Origin: an uncultured Bacilli bacterium
GTDB lineage: Bacteria; Bacillota_I; Bacilli_A; RFN20; DUOF01
NCBI GenBank assembly: GCA_944363575.1
Contig: CALVUJ010000010.1
Location: 19,817 to 83,816 of the forward strand
Reading direction: 5' to 3'
Length of the DNA: 64,000 nt
The notes under the pieces were generated by a model. The model was not told the origin of the DNA and searched no databases. It worked only from the letters and a program-made list of their open reading frames with translations. The translations under genes and the position numbers were made by a program. Each line of letters starts with the position of its first letter. The first letter of the stretch is position 1. This document shows, one piece after another, positions 29,901 to 40,099 of the stretch.

Positions 29901-30793
29901 AGAAGTGTTATGGTCTTAACTTAGCTACTGGTAATGAAGTAGAAATTGGTGAAGCAGTTGGTGTTATGGCTTCTCAATCAATTGGTGAAAGAGGTACGCA
30001 ATTAACACTTAGAACATTCCATGCTGGTGGTGTTGCTGGTAGTGATATTACGCAAGGTTTACCTCGTATTCAAGAGTTAGTTGAAGCTCGTAATCCTAAA
30101 GGTGAAGCTTTGATTAGTGAGATTAGTGGTGAAGTTGTTGAGATTAATGAAAATGGTGGTAGAAGTGAGATTGTTGTAGTGAACAATTATGATAAGAAGA
30201 CTTATATGACTAACTTTGGTTCTAAATTATTGGTTAAGGTTGGGGATAAAGTTAAAAATGGGCAACAATTAACTGATGGTAGTGTTAATCCTAAACAATT
30301 ATTAGAAGTTAGTGATATTAAGGCTGTTCAAAAATATATCTTAAAAGAGATTAAAAAGGTATATAAGTTACAAGGTGATGAAATTGCTGATAAGCACGTT
30401 GAAGTAATTATTCGTCAGATGCTTAGAAAGATGATGGTGTTAGAGTCTGGTGATAGTGATTTGTTACCTGGTACTAGAATTGATATTAGTGAGTTTACTC
30501 GTGTTAATAAGGAAGTTTTATTAAGGGGTGGTAGACCTGCAGTAGCTAGACCTATGATTTTAGGTATTACTAAGGCAAGTTTAGAAACTGAATCATTCTT
30601 ATCTAGTGCATCTTTCCAAGAAACAAATAGAATGTTAACTGATGCTGTTATTAAGGGTAAATATGACTATTTGAAGGGATTAAAGGAAAACGTTATCGTT
30701 GGTAAGTTAATTCCTGCTGGTACAGGTTTAGCTATTCATCAAGATATAGCGGATGATATTGAGCTTGATGATGATTTAACTTTGTTAGACTAA
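26969..30793 (+). CDS. rpoC: DNA-directed RNA polymerase beta' subunit.
   Basis: The NADFDGD catalytic motif and the Zn-finger [10 protein letters not shown] are present. RBS AAGGGGGG. Confidence 0.95.
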   Translation: MATTMDVNRYAAVKVGLASPEKIREWSYGEVKKAETINYRSQKPELDGLFCERIFGPSKDYECHCGKYKKIRFQGMVCEKCGVEITSKSVRRERMGHIELATPVAHIWYIKGISPKMGLVLDIPAKQVEEVIYFMSQVVLDPGTCKHLSKGDVLDEKTARERFGVIFEEILKTLDKESYEYSYGSSLLEKINNPKEPFEFSNNANFISDYTNARFGVGAEAIKELLHNLDVEKEFNKIKNELKETQGDKNQKRVKLLKRLEVINAFRQSDNKPEWMILTALPVIPPDLRPLLQLDGGRLAASDLNDLYRRVISRNIRLKKLQDMNAPTVILNNEKRMLQESVDALIDNGRKNKPVTGAGGRALKSLSHSLKGKQGRFRQHLLGKRVDYSGRSVIAVGPDLKMYQCGLPREMAVQLFRPFIACEMIKRGIVDSHKKADRLIDKMDDRIWDVVQAVSKEHPVLLNRAPTLHRLSIQAFEPKLVDGKAIRLHPLVCAAFNADFDGDQMAVHVPLSEEAKTEARVLMLASNNILSPKDGTPIVNPSQDMLLGMYYLSREYCKDDFLEVSKNFEEKGDTQMSEDYRYFAECDGKVFKDVDDVMLAYNTNQIHAHNRVVVKMSGMHKPCFDKYDQDDYLLTSVGKIIFNEIFPVDFQYLNEFDTGSFTKMNDRFIIKKGTNIKEYVENLPLSRPYKKGDFGPIISEVYNKFKTVETSKMLDKLKDLGFKYSTKSGVTISISDIKVVPEKEAIIAEADKVVDKTNAMFEKGLLDEKGRHEAVIKKWEEVKKQVSNCVEAQFKADKYNPLCIISESGARGSIKNFAQLCGMKGPMASTTGDTIEIPIKSSFREGLTVSEFFISTHGARKGNTDTALKTADAGYLTRRLIDVSHDIIINEEDCGCDAGIVISDIVNEKENTIISSLQNRLYGRNAMRDVINPKTGEVIVRANELISAEKAKEIVDAGIKEVEIRTLFTCKCEQGVCKKCYGLNLATGNEVEIGEAVGVMASQSIGERGTQLTLRTFHAGGVAGSDITQGLPRIQELVEARNPKGEALISEISGEVVEINENGGRSEIVVVNNYDKKTYMTNFGSKLLVKVGDKVKNGQQLTDGSVNPKQLLEVSDIKAVQKYILKEIKKVYKLQGDEIADKHVEVIIRQMLRKMMVLESGDSDLLPGTRIDISEFTRVNKEVLLRGGRPAVARPMILGITKASLETESFLSSASFQETNRMLTDAVIKGKYDYLKGLKENVIVGKLIPAGTGLAIHQDIADDIELDDDLTLLD

Positions 30794-30802
30794 AAGTATT
30801 AA

Positions 30803-30824
30803 GGAGACCGAAAGGTCTCTTTTG
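30803..30824 (+). terminator. Rho-independent terminator (GGAGACC-gaaa-GGTCTCT plus T4) after rpoC.
   Basis: GNRA-looped hairpin. Confidence 0.65.
30810..30823 (+). repeat. 14-nt direct repeat gaaaggtctctttt, copy 1 of 2. Copy 2 is at 31863-31876.
   Basis: Exact 14-mer match found by eye. Confidence 0.7.
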
Positions 30825-31131
30825 TTATGATGATTTTATTTAATAAGACCATATTTTAGAAAGATATTGCTAGCCTTGATCTTTTATCTTTGTTAGATTT
30901 TCTTACTTAAGAATTAATGTGAGAAAACAAGAGATAATATAACTTATAAAGTTATGATTTCTTATGATGTTTATGAGTGGTTTTATATCATGTAATATCG
31001 TTTTTTATTTTCGTGTTTACTTTTATAATTTGGGTGATAATCATGAATTGCCATGCCTTTTTTTATCTTGATTTTGAAAATAGATATGATATCATAATAT
31101 TGCAATACGTTTCATATGGGGGAGATAAATT

Positions 31132-31722
31132 ATGAAAATAACACAAGAAGATATTAATCAATACGCAGCAAATGGTGGTAGTTTGCGTTTTTTTACAGGC
31201 AAACAAATACAAGCAATTCCACAAGAAATAGTTAATCAATGTGCGGTAAACGGTTGGTACTTGGGGAGCTTCACAAATGGACAAATAGAAGCGATTCCAC
31301 AAGAGATAATAAATCAACGTGCAGCAAATGGTGGGGACTTGAGTGATTTAACAGAAGAACAAATAAAAGCGATCCCTGAAGAAATAAGCAAAATTTCAAA
31401 AGAAGGATTAGATGCTCTAATATTGTTTGGTGCAGGTAAAATAAAGAGAGAAGATTTACCAGCAAATGTTATTCTCAATTATGCTCTTAGAGAGAAGCTA
31501 TTAAATATTGTAAAAGCTAAATTAATACAACATCAAAATCAAGTATGTAAAGAACAGGGTTATACTAATTATGTCCCTATTGAAATTCAAGAAAGATTTA
31601 ATGAAGAACTAAAAGAAATATATAAAGAAATAAACGAAAAGAAAAAAGATTTATTAGAACAATATGATAATAAAAAAATAGAAGAAAGAGCTGTTAATTC
31701 TATAAATAATTTGAGGTGGTAG
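31132..31722 (+). CDS. Hypothetical protein with three N-terminal ~27-aa tandem repeats (AANGG.L....T..QI.AIPQEI.NQ) and a Glu/Lys-rich coiled-coil C-terminus. No signal peptide.
   Basis: RBS GGGGGAG. The repeats are seen in the translation. Confidence 0.55.
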   Translation: MKITQEDINQYAANGGSLRFFTGKQIQAIPQEIVNQCAVNGWYLGSFTNGQIEAIPQEIINQRAANGGDLSDLTEEQIKAIPEEISKISKEGLDALILFGAGKIKREDLPANVILNYALREKLLNIVKAKLIQHQNQVCKEQGYTNYVPIEIQERFNEELKEIYKEINEKKKDLLEQYDNKKIEERAVNSINNLRW

Positions 31723-31862
31723 GATGACACTAGTTGAATTTAAATGATTTGATTTATTAATAGAAAAGTTATGTCCTATAAAAATAAGCACTGCATTAAA
31801 TAGATGTAGTGTTTTTTATTATATAAACTCATGATATTAAGATTTTTACTTTTGAGTTATCG

Positions 31863-31876
31863 GAAAGGTCTCTTTT
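31863..31876 (+). repeat. 14-nt direct repeat gaaaggtctctttt, copy 2, followed by a T-run. Partial copy of the rpoC terminator.
   Basis: Exact match to 30810-30823. Confidence 0.7.
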
Positions 31877-31946
31877 TTAACAAAAAGAAAGTAATCAATT
31901 GTTATTTTTTGTAGAAAGAGATAATATTTTAGTAGGAGTGATTGGT

Positions 31947-32783
31947 GTGAAGAAATTTTTTGGTTCCTTTTTAATGCTTTTTGGAATATTATTTGTTGTT
32001 TTTTTAGTGTCTTCTAATAATACAAAGGCACTTTATGAAGATGATAAAAACTATGTTAGTGTAACTATCAGTCAAGAAGCTGTGACAATAAATGTTACTT
32101 ATCAAAGAGGGTTTGATAAAGATTTTTCTTATTATTCTTGGTGTGATAAGGGAAATGCTAGTAATAGAAAAGAAGATTGTGTTGGATATGTTGAGGGTAC
32201 TGAGAATATAAAGTATGCTTCTAGTTCTATGAATGCTTTTATTTCTAAGGCTTCTGCTAATGAGGCTGATTCTAATTTAACAACGCAAACTTTTGTTATT
32301 GGTTTAGATACTACTATTACAGATCCTATTTTGCGAAATATTAATAATTATAAGGATAAAAACTTGGTTTTGAAGACAACCACTTATTTTTGTACAGTTA
32401 GGAATGTAGAAAATTATGGTGAGTGTCAGTATTTTACGCAGAAGACATCTTATGTTGATGTTAGTATTAATGATTTACAAAATGATATTGTTATAGGTAG
32501 TATTGAGAATATTGAAGATGAAGGATTAAAGAGTGTTATGGAGAAAGTTTCTAATATAGTGTATACTACAATTTTGCCAATTATTTGGGCAGTGCTAGGG
32601 TTAATTTTGGTAATTAAAGGATCTATGTTAGGTGTTCAAATTGTTAAGTCTGCGGATGAACCACAAGTTAGACAAGAGAAAATTGGTTCATTAAAGTGGC
32701 TGGTGATTGGTGTTGCGATTGCGGCGTTTGCTGCTGGTGGCGTGCAAGTGTTAACTGGCTACTTTAGTGGTGCCTTTAAATAG
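31947..32783 (+). CDS. Secreted/membrane protein with an N-terminal signal peptide and two C-terminal TM helices.
   Basis: GTG 31947 follows AGGAG. Hydrophobic segments are FLMLFGILFVVFLVS and IIWAVLGLILVI / LVIGVAIAAFAAGGV. Confidence 0.55.
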   Translation: MKKFFGSFLMLFGILFVVFLVSSNNTKALYEDDKNYVSVTISQEAVTINVTYQRGFDKDFSYYSWCDKGNASNRKEDCVGYVEGTENIKYASSSMNAFISKASANEADSNLTTQTFVIGLDTTITDPILRNINNYKDKNLVLKTTTYFCTVRNVENYGECQYFTQKTSYVDVSINDLQNDIVIGSIENIEDEGLKSVMEKVSNIVYTTILPIIWAVLGLILVIKGSMLGVQIVKSADEPQVRQEKIGSLKWLVIGVAIAAFAAGGVQVLTGYFSGAFK

Positions 32784-32795
32784 GGGGTAAAGAAT

Positions 32796-34958
32796 ATGAA
32801 AAAAAGATATGGGATATTTTTGATGTTTATGTTAATGTGCGTTGGTACATTAGCAGGATGTGGTGAAGATAAGTATAAGATTGAAGTTGTGGTTTCAAAT
32901 GCAGAGTATGGCCGTGTTAGTGGTGGTGGAAACTATGCGATTGGAGATACTGTTACAATAAAAGTTGAACCTAATTTAGGGTGTGAGTTTGCTGGTCTTA
33001 CTTATGTTAATGCAGATGGAGTTGAAGAAACTTCCCCACTTAAATTTACGGTATCTACGGAGACAATACGAAAATATACAGCGAATTTTTCTTGCGTTGG
33101 AAATAATCCTGAAAGTATAGAGGAGGAGCATTCTCTTAAGTATACTGTTACTTATAAATATTATAGGAATGGTGAGAGTACTGAATATACGGGTGTCTCT
33201 AATGATGATAAGAGTGAGATTGTTTTACATGGTAGAAAGATAGAAGAGAAAGTATATGTGGATGGTATTTTAGGAAGTTTGAAATGGTATACTGATGGTT
33301 CTTTTATTACTGAATATGATTTTGATTCTATAATAACGGAAAATAAAACTTTATATGCTAAAGAGCAACCTGTTGATGCTAGTGATGTTTTGAATGATTT
33401 TAGAAATTCTAAAAGTTTATTAATAGCTGAAGAAGGTGGTGGCTCGGTAATAGTAAATAATATGGATACTTTAAATGATGCAGATGATTCTAATAATACT
33501 ATATCTATATCTAAAGATGGTGATATTTTCTATCAAAATGGAACGAGTGATTTATATTTTTATAATAGTGGGGAAAATTCTAAGATTAAGTTAGAGGGAT
33601 TTGCTTTAGAGGATATTACAGATGTTTATAAGTATATGGAGTTAAAGGATTTGGATATTAGTAGTTATACTGTTTCAAAGGGTTCAGATTATAATCAGTT
33701 AGATATAAATGATGGTGATATAAAGGTATATAGTTTATGGGTACAAGAAGGAAAAATTGTTAAATTTCAAAAAGGGGATGGTAATCTTTTCACTGTTACG
33801 TATAATAGTGGTGGTGTAATGATTCCTAATAATGCATTGAATGCTTATTTTATTAGTGTTTATTCTAATGATGAAGATGTGAGTGAACATTTTGTTGATA
33901 TAAATAAGAATATGGAGAAGTTTTTAAGTATTATTCCTTCAAAGGGTCAGAATTTAGAGTCTATTTTGAATGATTTTTATTCTAGTGATAGTTTTCTTAA
34001 GAGTTATGCTTTTAATTGGACTAATTATAGTAGTAGTGAGAATGTTTGTTTTGGTGATCCTTTTGCTATTGCTATATCAAGTAACAAAAATGTTTGCTTC
34101 AATGTTGTGAAAAGATTTAGTGATATTCCATTTGATTCTTTGCAAAATGTGAATAGTATTAAGACATCTGTGGCTACGGATGTTGGAACTGTTGAAGCTA
34201 GTATGAATATTACAAATATTTTATCGTTTGATATTTCGGCTCCTAGTCCTGAGGATAATACTAAGGGTATTGTGAATAGCATTAAAAAGCTTTTGGATGT
34301 TTATACTAATAAGAATTATTATAACTTTACTTTTGAAGATGATACATATAATTTCTATCAAACAAAGACATCTAGTTTTCCATTTATTACAATAACAGTG
34401 GATGCCTCTAATGAGATAATTGAGTCATTCTCATATTTTGATGGGAGGAATACATATGTTAGTTCTATAATTAGAGTAGCTAATAGTTGGGAAACGGAGC
34501 CAAGTATTGATAGTTGGGTAGTTGGGCAAGAGCAATCTGTACCAAATACAGGTGAAGCTCAGTATGCAGGTACGACTATAGTTGAATATAAAGCTAGTGG
34601 TGCTAGTGAATATTCTAGTGTAATTCCTACTACTGCAGGTAGTTATGTTATGAGAGTTACAGTTAAGGCTGAAGGATATATGGATTTAGTTAAAGAAGTT
34701 GAGTTTAGTATTTTAAATGCGATGTCATGGAGTAATGAGCCTACTGATGGTGTGACTATTACAATAGGCGTTGATCCAACATGGTCAGTGAATGTTGAAG
34801 GGGCAACAATTCTATATTATTATAAAGTTGAGGGGCAGTATACGACTACTAGTGGATTACCTACTGAAGCAGGAACTTATGATATGAAAGTTGTCGCAGA
34901 AAAAGAAGGATATCAGACATTAGTTAAAGAAATAACTAGTGTTAATGTTATTGAATAA
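32796..34958 (+). CDS. Large lipoprotein (720 aa) with Ig-like repeated beta domains at both ends.
   Basis: Lipobox LAGC after the signal peptide. Two C-terminal ~55-aa repeats have the pattern AG.Y.M.V.AE.EGY..LVKE. Confidence 0.65.
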   Translation: MKKRYGIFLMFMLMCVGTLAGCGEDKYKIEVVVSNAEYGRVSGGGNYAIGDTVTIKVEPNLGCEFAGLTYVNADGVEETSPLKFTVSTETIRKYTANFSCVGNNPESIEEEHSLKYTVTYKYYRNGESTEYTGVSNDDKSEIVLHGRKIEEKVYVDGILGSLKWYTDGSFITEYDFDSIITENKTLYAKEQPVDASDVLNDFRNSKSLLIAEEGGGSVIVNNMDTLNDADDSNNTISISKDGDIFYQNGTSDLYFYNSGENSKIKLEGFALEDITDVYKYMELKDLDISSYTVSKGSDYNQLDINDGDIKVYSLWVQEGKIVKFQKGDGNLFTVTYNSGGVMIPNNALNAYFISVYSNDEDVSEHFVDINKNMEKFLSIIPSKGQNLESILNDFYSSDSFLKSYAFNWTNYSSSENVCFGDPFAIAISSNKNVCFNVVKRFSDIPFDSLQNVNSIKTSVATDVGTVEASMNITNILSFDISAPSPEDNTKGIVNSIKKLLDVYTNKNYYNFTFEDDTYNFYQTKTSSFPFITITVDASNEIIESFSYFDGRNTYVSSIIRVANSWETEPSIDSWVVGQEQSVPNTGEAQYAGTTIVEYKASGASEYSSVIPTTAGSYVMRVTVKAEGYMDLVKEVEFSILNAMSWSNEPTDGVTITIGVDPTWSVNVEGATILYYYKVEGQYTTTSGLPTEAGTYDMKVVAEKEGYQTLVKEITSVNVIE

Positions 34959-34963
34959 GGTTT

Positions 34964-34991
34964 AAAAGGTGAGGTTATCTCACTTTTTTTT
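34964..34991 (+). terminator. Rho-independent terminator (GTGAG-gttat-CTCAC plus T8).
   Basis: Hairpin plus T-run read directly from the sequence. Confidence 0.75.
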
Positions 34992-35053
34992 ATGAATTTA
35001 TTTAAAATGAAGATAAAATGTGTTAACCTAGAGTTGTTGGGGGAATTTTGTTT

Positions 35054-37012
35054 ATGAAATCAAAAAAAAAACTAGTGATTTTTTTCTTTTTGTTAGCTAT
35101 TGTAGTTCCTTTTCTTGTAGAGCCAATTAAATATTCTAATAATTATGATTTTTCTATTTCGGCATATAAGATTGATATATTGATTGATGATTATGGAGAC
35201 ATGCATGTAAAAGAGAGTATTACTAATGATTATAATGATAGGAATACAGTTTTTTATAAGAATATTTTGTATGGTAAGAATAATATGTTTAGTTCTAATA
35301 GTGATGTAAGTAGTTTAGTAGAAGATGTTAAGGTTATAGTTGAAGATAATAGTGGGGTTGTTTTTGATACTAGTAAGGATTCTAATAGTAGTAGCAGGTT
35401 TGTAGGGTATTCTTATAATGGTGATAGGGATGAATTAGGGCAACGTATTGTTTGTACGGATAGTGTTAGTGCTTGTGAAATGATTTTTTATTATGATGAA
35501 AGCGGTATTAGTGATTTTACTACTTTTACATATGAGTATACTATTAAGGGTGTTATAACAGAATATGGCGATATTTCAGAGTTTAACTGGGTACTTTTGG
35601 GGTATCAAGAGATGGTTGTAAATAATGTGGAGATTAATTTAACATTACCAGAAGGAGATTATGATATTAGTAAGTTAAATACCTTTTTTCATGGTAGCAA
35701 TACGGCTAAAAGGGAGTTTGTGAGTACTAATAAGATAAAGATTACTTCTAAGAAGATGGTTAATGATGAGGAAATTGAAGTGCGTTTGTTGTTAAATAAA
35801 AATACTTTTAGTGGTATTAGAGAGTATAATAAGGTTAGTGTTAATAGATTGGATGATATTTTAGCTTTTGAGGATGAGCAAATTAGTGGTGCTAATTTGA
35901 AGTATAATATTGGATTTTATGGGTCAATAATTGTTTTTGTTATTTTAATGGTATGTTTAATTATGGCTATTTTTAAATCTTATAATAAATGTGGTAAGGA
36001 ATATAAGTCTGATTTTTATAATGAGTATTATAGGGAATTACCTGGTGATTATCCTCCAGCAGTAATGGGTTTTTTGTATAAGTTTAAGAAAATAAATGAA
36101 GATGATTTGTCTGCTACTTTGCTTGATTTAGTTAGGAGAAAGTATTTGTTGTTAGATACTAATGGTAGTAATGTTAATGAAGAGAATCCTAATTATATTT
36201 TTAGTTTGAATAAAGATAAGAATAAGGATGATCTTAGTGAGTCTGAGAAGTTATTAGTTAAGTGGTTTATTGATGATATTGGTGATGGTGAAAAAGTAAG
36301 TTTAGAAGAAATACAGAATGCAGGTAAGAAGCAGAGTAGTGCAGAAAAGTATTTAGATAATAATAGGATTTGGGTTGAGAAAGTTAAAAAAGAGGGCGAT
36401 AAGTATAACTTTTTTGATAAAGAGGCTGAGATTAATAAAAATAAATATATGCTGTTTAATGTATTGTTTATTTTTGGGGTAATAGGAATGTTCTTTTTGT
36501 ATAGTTATAGTGGATTAAATCTTTGTTTATCTTTTAGTTTGTGTTTATTGTTTAGTACTGTTGGATATGTTTTCTTTGTTAGTGGTTTGGCTAGGAGGAC
36601 TAAGGCAGGAGTAGAGGATTATGTTAGATGGAAAGCTTTTAAAAAGTTTTTGGAAGAGTTTTCTACTTTTGAAGATTATCCTGTGCCTTCTTTAATTATT
36701 TGGGAACATTATTTAGTGTATGCGACGAGTTTTGGTATTGCAGATAAAGTCATGGATCAATTGAAGTTGAAGTTTAAATTTGAAGAAATTAGTAATGTAG
36801 AAACTACATTTATTGGTTATTATGGAGTAAGATATAATAGCATACGAGTTTTAAATAATGCTTTTAAAAGCGCAAGGTTAAGTGCACGTAGTACTATGTC
36901 AATAAGTACTATTAAGCATACATCTGGTAGATCTGGTGGTTTTGGCGGAGGCGGAGGCTTCAGCGGTGGTTCTTCATTTGGCGGAGGCGGAGGCTCTGTT
37001 GGTGGTCGTTAG
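35054..37012 (+). CDS. DUF2207 family membrane protein with a Gly-rich C-terminal tail.
   Basis: The domain architecture is signal peptide, extracellular domain, two TM helices, then a (SGG/FGGGGG) tail, which is typical of DUF2207. Confidence 0.65.
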   Translation: MKSKKKLVIFFFLLAIVVPFLVEPIKYSNNYDFSISAYKIDILIDDYGDMHVKESITNDYNDRNTVFYKNILYGKNNMFSSNSDVSSLVEDVKVIVEDNSGVVFDTSKDSNSSSRFVGYSYNGDRDELGQRIVCTDSVSACEMIFYYDESGISDFTTFTYEYTIKGVITEYGDISEFNWVLLGYQEMVVNNVEINLTLPEGDYDISKLNTFFHGSNTAKREFVSTNKIKITSKKMVNDEEIEVRLLLNKNTFSGIREYNKVSVNRLDDILAFEDEQISGANLKYNIGFYGSIIVFVILMVCLIMAIFKSYNKCGKEYKSDFYNEYYRELPGDYPPAVMGFLYKFKKINEDDLSATLLDLVRRKYLLLDTNGSNVNEENPNYIFSLNKDKNKDDLSESEKLLVKWFIDDIGDGEKVSLEEIQNAGKKQSSAEKYLDNNRIWVEKVKKEGDKYNFFDKEAEINKNKYMLFNVLFIFGVIGMFFLYSYSGLNLCLSFSLCLLFSTVGYVFFVSGLARRTKAGVEDYVRWKAFKKFLEEFSTFEDYPVPSLIIWEHYLVYATSFGIADKVMDQLKLKFKFEEISNVETTFIGYYGVRYNSIRVLNNAFKSARLSARSTMSISTIKHTSGRSGGFGGGGGFSGGSSFGGGGGSVGGR

Positions 37013-37037
37013 TAGTAAAAGGGGGAGTAAGAGAATT

Positions 37038-38477
37038 ATGAAATTAATGTTTGTTTCGACAGAATGTTCACCATTTATTAAAACCGGTGGTTTAGGTGAT
37101 GTTATTGGGGCGTTACCTATTTATTTAAGGGAGAAGGTAGAGGATGAGATTGTTGTTATTCCTTTATTTAAGAAAGTAAAAGAGAAATATTTTTCTAGTA
37201 TGAAGTATGTTGGAGAAGTTTATTTTTCAATGTCTTGGAGAAAGCAAATGGCTAAGATTTATACTTTAGAGATGAATGATGTTAAGTATTATTTTGTAGA
37301 GAATGATTATTATTTTTATCGAGATAATATTTATGGTGGTTATGATGATGTAGAAAGATATGCTTTTTTTGATTTTGCTAGTTTAGAACTATTAAAGTTA
37401 ATTGGGTATCATCCTGATATTATTCATGTTCATGATTGGCAAACGGCTATGATTCCTGTTTTATATAAAGAAAAGTATCGTTATCAATCTGGGTATGAGC
37501 ATGTAAGAACGATGTTAACGATTCATAATCCTGCTTTTCAAGGCTTTTGTCAAAGAGAGGCTTTAGGTAACTTATTCAATTTACCTTATTATTTATATGA
37601 TGATGGGGTAGCTAGATTTGGTGATTGTGTTTCTACTTTAAAGGCAGGTATTATGTATAGTGATTATTTGTCTACGGTTAGTCCTACGAATGCTAAAGAG
37701 TTATTAAGAGGAGATTATGCTTATGGTTTAGAAAGTGTTTTGAAGTATCGTAAGGATGATTTCTTTGGTATTTTAAATGGTATTGATTATGTAGAAAATA
37801 ATCCTAGTAAAGATTTACTTATTGAAAGTAATTATACTTTTGCTACTTATCAGAAGAAGAAAAAGAATAAAGAAGATGTTCAAAAAAGATTTTCAATAGA
37901 AGTTAATCCTAATAAGATGTTGCTGGGTGTTGTTTCAAGGTTAACTCCTCAAAAAGGTATTAATTTGATTACTAATAGTATTCCTTGGATTGTTAAAAAT
38001 AATATGCAAATAGTTATTTTAGGTTCTGGTGATAGCAATTTAGAAAAGAGTGTCCAATATTATAGGGATATGTATCCTAAAGATGTTGGGGTTTATATTG
38101 GTTTTTCAAATGAGATTGCTCATCGAGTATATTCTGGGTGCGATATGTTTTTAATGCCTTCTTTATATGAACCTTGTGGGTTATCCCAAATGATTTCTCA
38201 AAGATATGGGACTGTTCCTTTAGTTAGAGAAGTTGGTGGATTGAAGGATAGTGTTGAGCCATACAATGAGTATAGTAAAGTAGGTACAGGTTTTTCTTTT
38301 ATGCATTATAGTGGGGAAGATTTAAGGAAAATTTTATATTATGCTTCAAATATTTATTTTAATCGTCGTGATGAGTGGATGGGTATTGTTGAACAATGTA
38401 TGAAGAAGAATAATAGTTGGACTAAATCTGCTTCAGAGTATTTGAAAGTTTATAAGAATTTGTTAAAATATAAATAG
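37038..38477 (+). CDS. glgA: Glycogen (starch) synthase, GT5.
   Basis: The N-terminus MKLMFVSTECSPFIKTGGLGDV carries the KTGGL motif. The ORF-track extension 36936-37037 is an artefact of reading the Gly-rich region out of frame. True RBS is GGGGGAG. Confidence 0.8.
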   Translation: MKLMFVSTECSPFIKTGGLGDVIGALPIYLREKVEDEIVVIPLFKKVKEKYFSSMKYVGEVYFSMSWRKQMAKIYTLEMNDVKYYFVENDYYFYRDNIYGGYDDVERYAFFDFASLELLKLIGYHPDIIHVHDWQTAMIPVLYKEKYRYQSGYEHVRTMLTIHNPAFQGFCQREALGNLFNLPYYLYDDGVARFGDCVSTLKAGIMYSDYLSTVSPTNAKELLRGDYAYGLESVLKYRKDDFFGILNGIDYVENNPSKDLLIESNYTFATYQKKKKNKEDVQKRFSIEVNPNKMLLGVVSRLTPQKGINLITNSIPWIVKNNMQIVILGSGDSNLEKSVQYYRDMYPKDVGVYIGFSNEIAHRVYSGCDMFLMPSLYEPCGLSQMISQRYGTVPLVREVGGLKDSVEPYNEYSKVGTGFSFMHYSGEDLRKILYYASNIYFNRRDEWMGIVEQCMKKNNSWTKSASEYLKVYKNLLKYK

Positions 38478-38522
38478 TTTTTAGAATAACCCTGTTATGG
38501 ATATAGTAATGGGGGTAATGGT

Positions 38523-39269
38523 GTGAAAAAAGAGTTTGTTAAAGATTTGATAGTTTTTATTGTCAGTTTTGTTTTGTATTATGTTTTTGGTACAGGTTTA
38601 GTATATTTGATATTGGAGGCTGTTTATGATGCTAATAGCAGCCTTTTTCCTGCTTATTTAAATGATGAAGTTTTTAGGGAAAGGGGATTGTCAAATATTG
38701 CTCAATTGATTAGTTCGGTTATAATTACTAGTTTATTAATTATAATGTATTTTAAGAGTTTAAAGGGGCATTTTTCTTTTTTTAAGAATTATAAGTTAGT
38801 TTTTAAAACATTAGGGTATGCTTTGTTAGTGTATTTTGTGACTATTTGTTATAACTTGTTTTTGCCTTTTGTTGGTGGTAGTGGTGAAGATGGTAGTAAT
38901 GTAGCTTTAATTAAAGAGTCCATGAAAAAGCAGTTTTGGATTATGTTTTTATTAGTGGTAGTTATAGGGCCTATTATTGAAGAGTTATTATTTAGGTTTG
39001 TCTTGTTTAAGTGTTTGAAAAAGAAAGTTTCCTATGTGTGGTTATTAGTTATTAGTACTATTTTGTTTACAATCCCGCATATGATTTCTTTAGTGAAGAG
39101 TAATGATGTGTGGGGTGATGTTTTAGCGTTACCTAAGTTTATGATTATTGGTGGTATGTTAGGTAGTTATTATTATAAAAATGAGCAAATAGGGCGAGTA
39201 ATTTTAGTTCATATGGTGTATAATATAATATCATTCGTATTAATGAGTGTTTCATTATCATTAATTTAA
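38523..39269 (+). CDS. CPBP (CAAX) family intramembrane metalloprotease.
   Basis: Motifs EELLFR, FTIPHM and HMVYN are present. Confidence 0.7.
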   Translation: MKKEFVKDLIVFIVSFVLYYVFGTGLVYLILEAVYDANSSLFPAYLNDEVFRERGLSNIAQLISSVIITSLLIIMYFKSLKGHFSFFKNYKLVFKTLGYALLVYFVTICYNLFLPFVGGSGEDGSNVALIKESMKKQFWIMFLLVVVIGPIIEELLFRFVLFKCLKKKVSYVWLLVISTILFTIPHMISLVKSNDVWGDVLALPKFMIIGGMLGSYYYKNEQIGRVILVHMVYNIISFVLMSVSLSLI

Positions 39270-39281
39270 AGGAGAGATTAG

Positions 39282-40070
39282 ATGGATAAAGATGCGTTTA
39301 TTAAAGATTCAAGGTTATCGTTATTGGGGGTAGGGAATGGAATTATTGGCTCCCTTATTTATGAAATAATTATTTCTTTATTTTTTTCATTAATAATTAC
39401 TTCAATTGTTGCTTCGGGTAATCCAGGAGCTACTCAAGAGCAACTTGAGGGGTTAGTAAATGAAAAGTTTGATTCTTTTCCTTTTTCACTAATTATTTCT
39501 ATTTTAAGTTATGCAGTTACAATTATTGTTTTTATAGTTATTTTAAAGTGGGATAGAATCAAAGATATTTTAAAGAAATTTATTAATGGCAAGACATTAT
39601 TGTATGGTTTTCTTACAGCTCTATGTATAATGTTTTTTTCAGCATTTTATAATAGCATTATCATTAGTGTTTTTGATTTAGATGGTAATGGGAATGCAAA
39701 CCAAGAAGGGGTTATTGAAATGATAAAATCAGGGCCATTATTGGCTTTTTTATCAGTCGTTATTTTGGCTCCTTTTGTAGAAGAGCTAACATATCGTTAT
39801 TGTTTGTTTGGTGGGCTTAAAAGTAAGAGTAAGCTATTAGCGTATTTAGTGTCTGCTTTTGTTTTTATGTTTATGCATAGCCTTTCTTCTTTTCTTACAA
39901 TAGGGGAGTTTAACAAAGAGTTACTTATGGAAATGCTTTATCTTCCACCATATTTATTTTCAGGGTTAGCTTTATGTTTTGTTTATGATAAAACGGAGAA
40001 TTTAGGTTCTAGTTTTATAGGGCATATGTTGAACAATTTGGTTGCTTTTTTAGGTGTTATATTGGTATAA
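39282..40070 (+). CDS. CPBP (CAAX) family intramembrane metalloprotease, second copy.
   Basis: Motifs EELTYR, FMFMHS and HMLNN are present. Confidence 0.7.
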   Translation: MDKDAFIKDSRLSLLGVGNGIIGSLIYEIIISLFFSLIITSIVASGNPGATQEQLEGLVNEKFDSFPFSLIISILSYAVTIIVFIVILKWDRIKDILKKFINGKTLLYGFLTALCIMFFSAFYNSIIISVFDLDGNGNANQEGVIEMIKSGPLLAFLSVVILAPFVEELTYRYCLFGGLKSKSKLLAYLVSAFVFMFMHSLSSFLTIGEFNKELLMEMLYLPPYLFSGLALCFVYDKTENLGSSFIGHMLNNLVAFLGVILV

Positions 40071-40099
40071 TTGTTATGCATATGAAGGAGGAGAAAAGA

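Noticed and set aside
31063-31465. Minus-strand ORFs 31063-31317 and 31271-31465 overlapping the repeat-protein gene.
   Set aside because: Antisense. The sense gene has an RBS and coherent repeat structure.
34025-34282. 85-aa minus-strand ORF inside the lipoprotein gene.
   Set aside because: Antisense to a long CDS.
36936-37037. N-terminal extension of the glgA ORF (MVLAEAEAS...).
   Set aside because: It is the Gly-rich tail of the DUF2207 gene read out of frame. The real start is ATG 37038 with an RBS.
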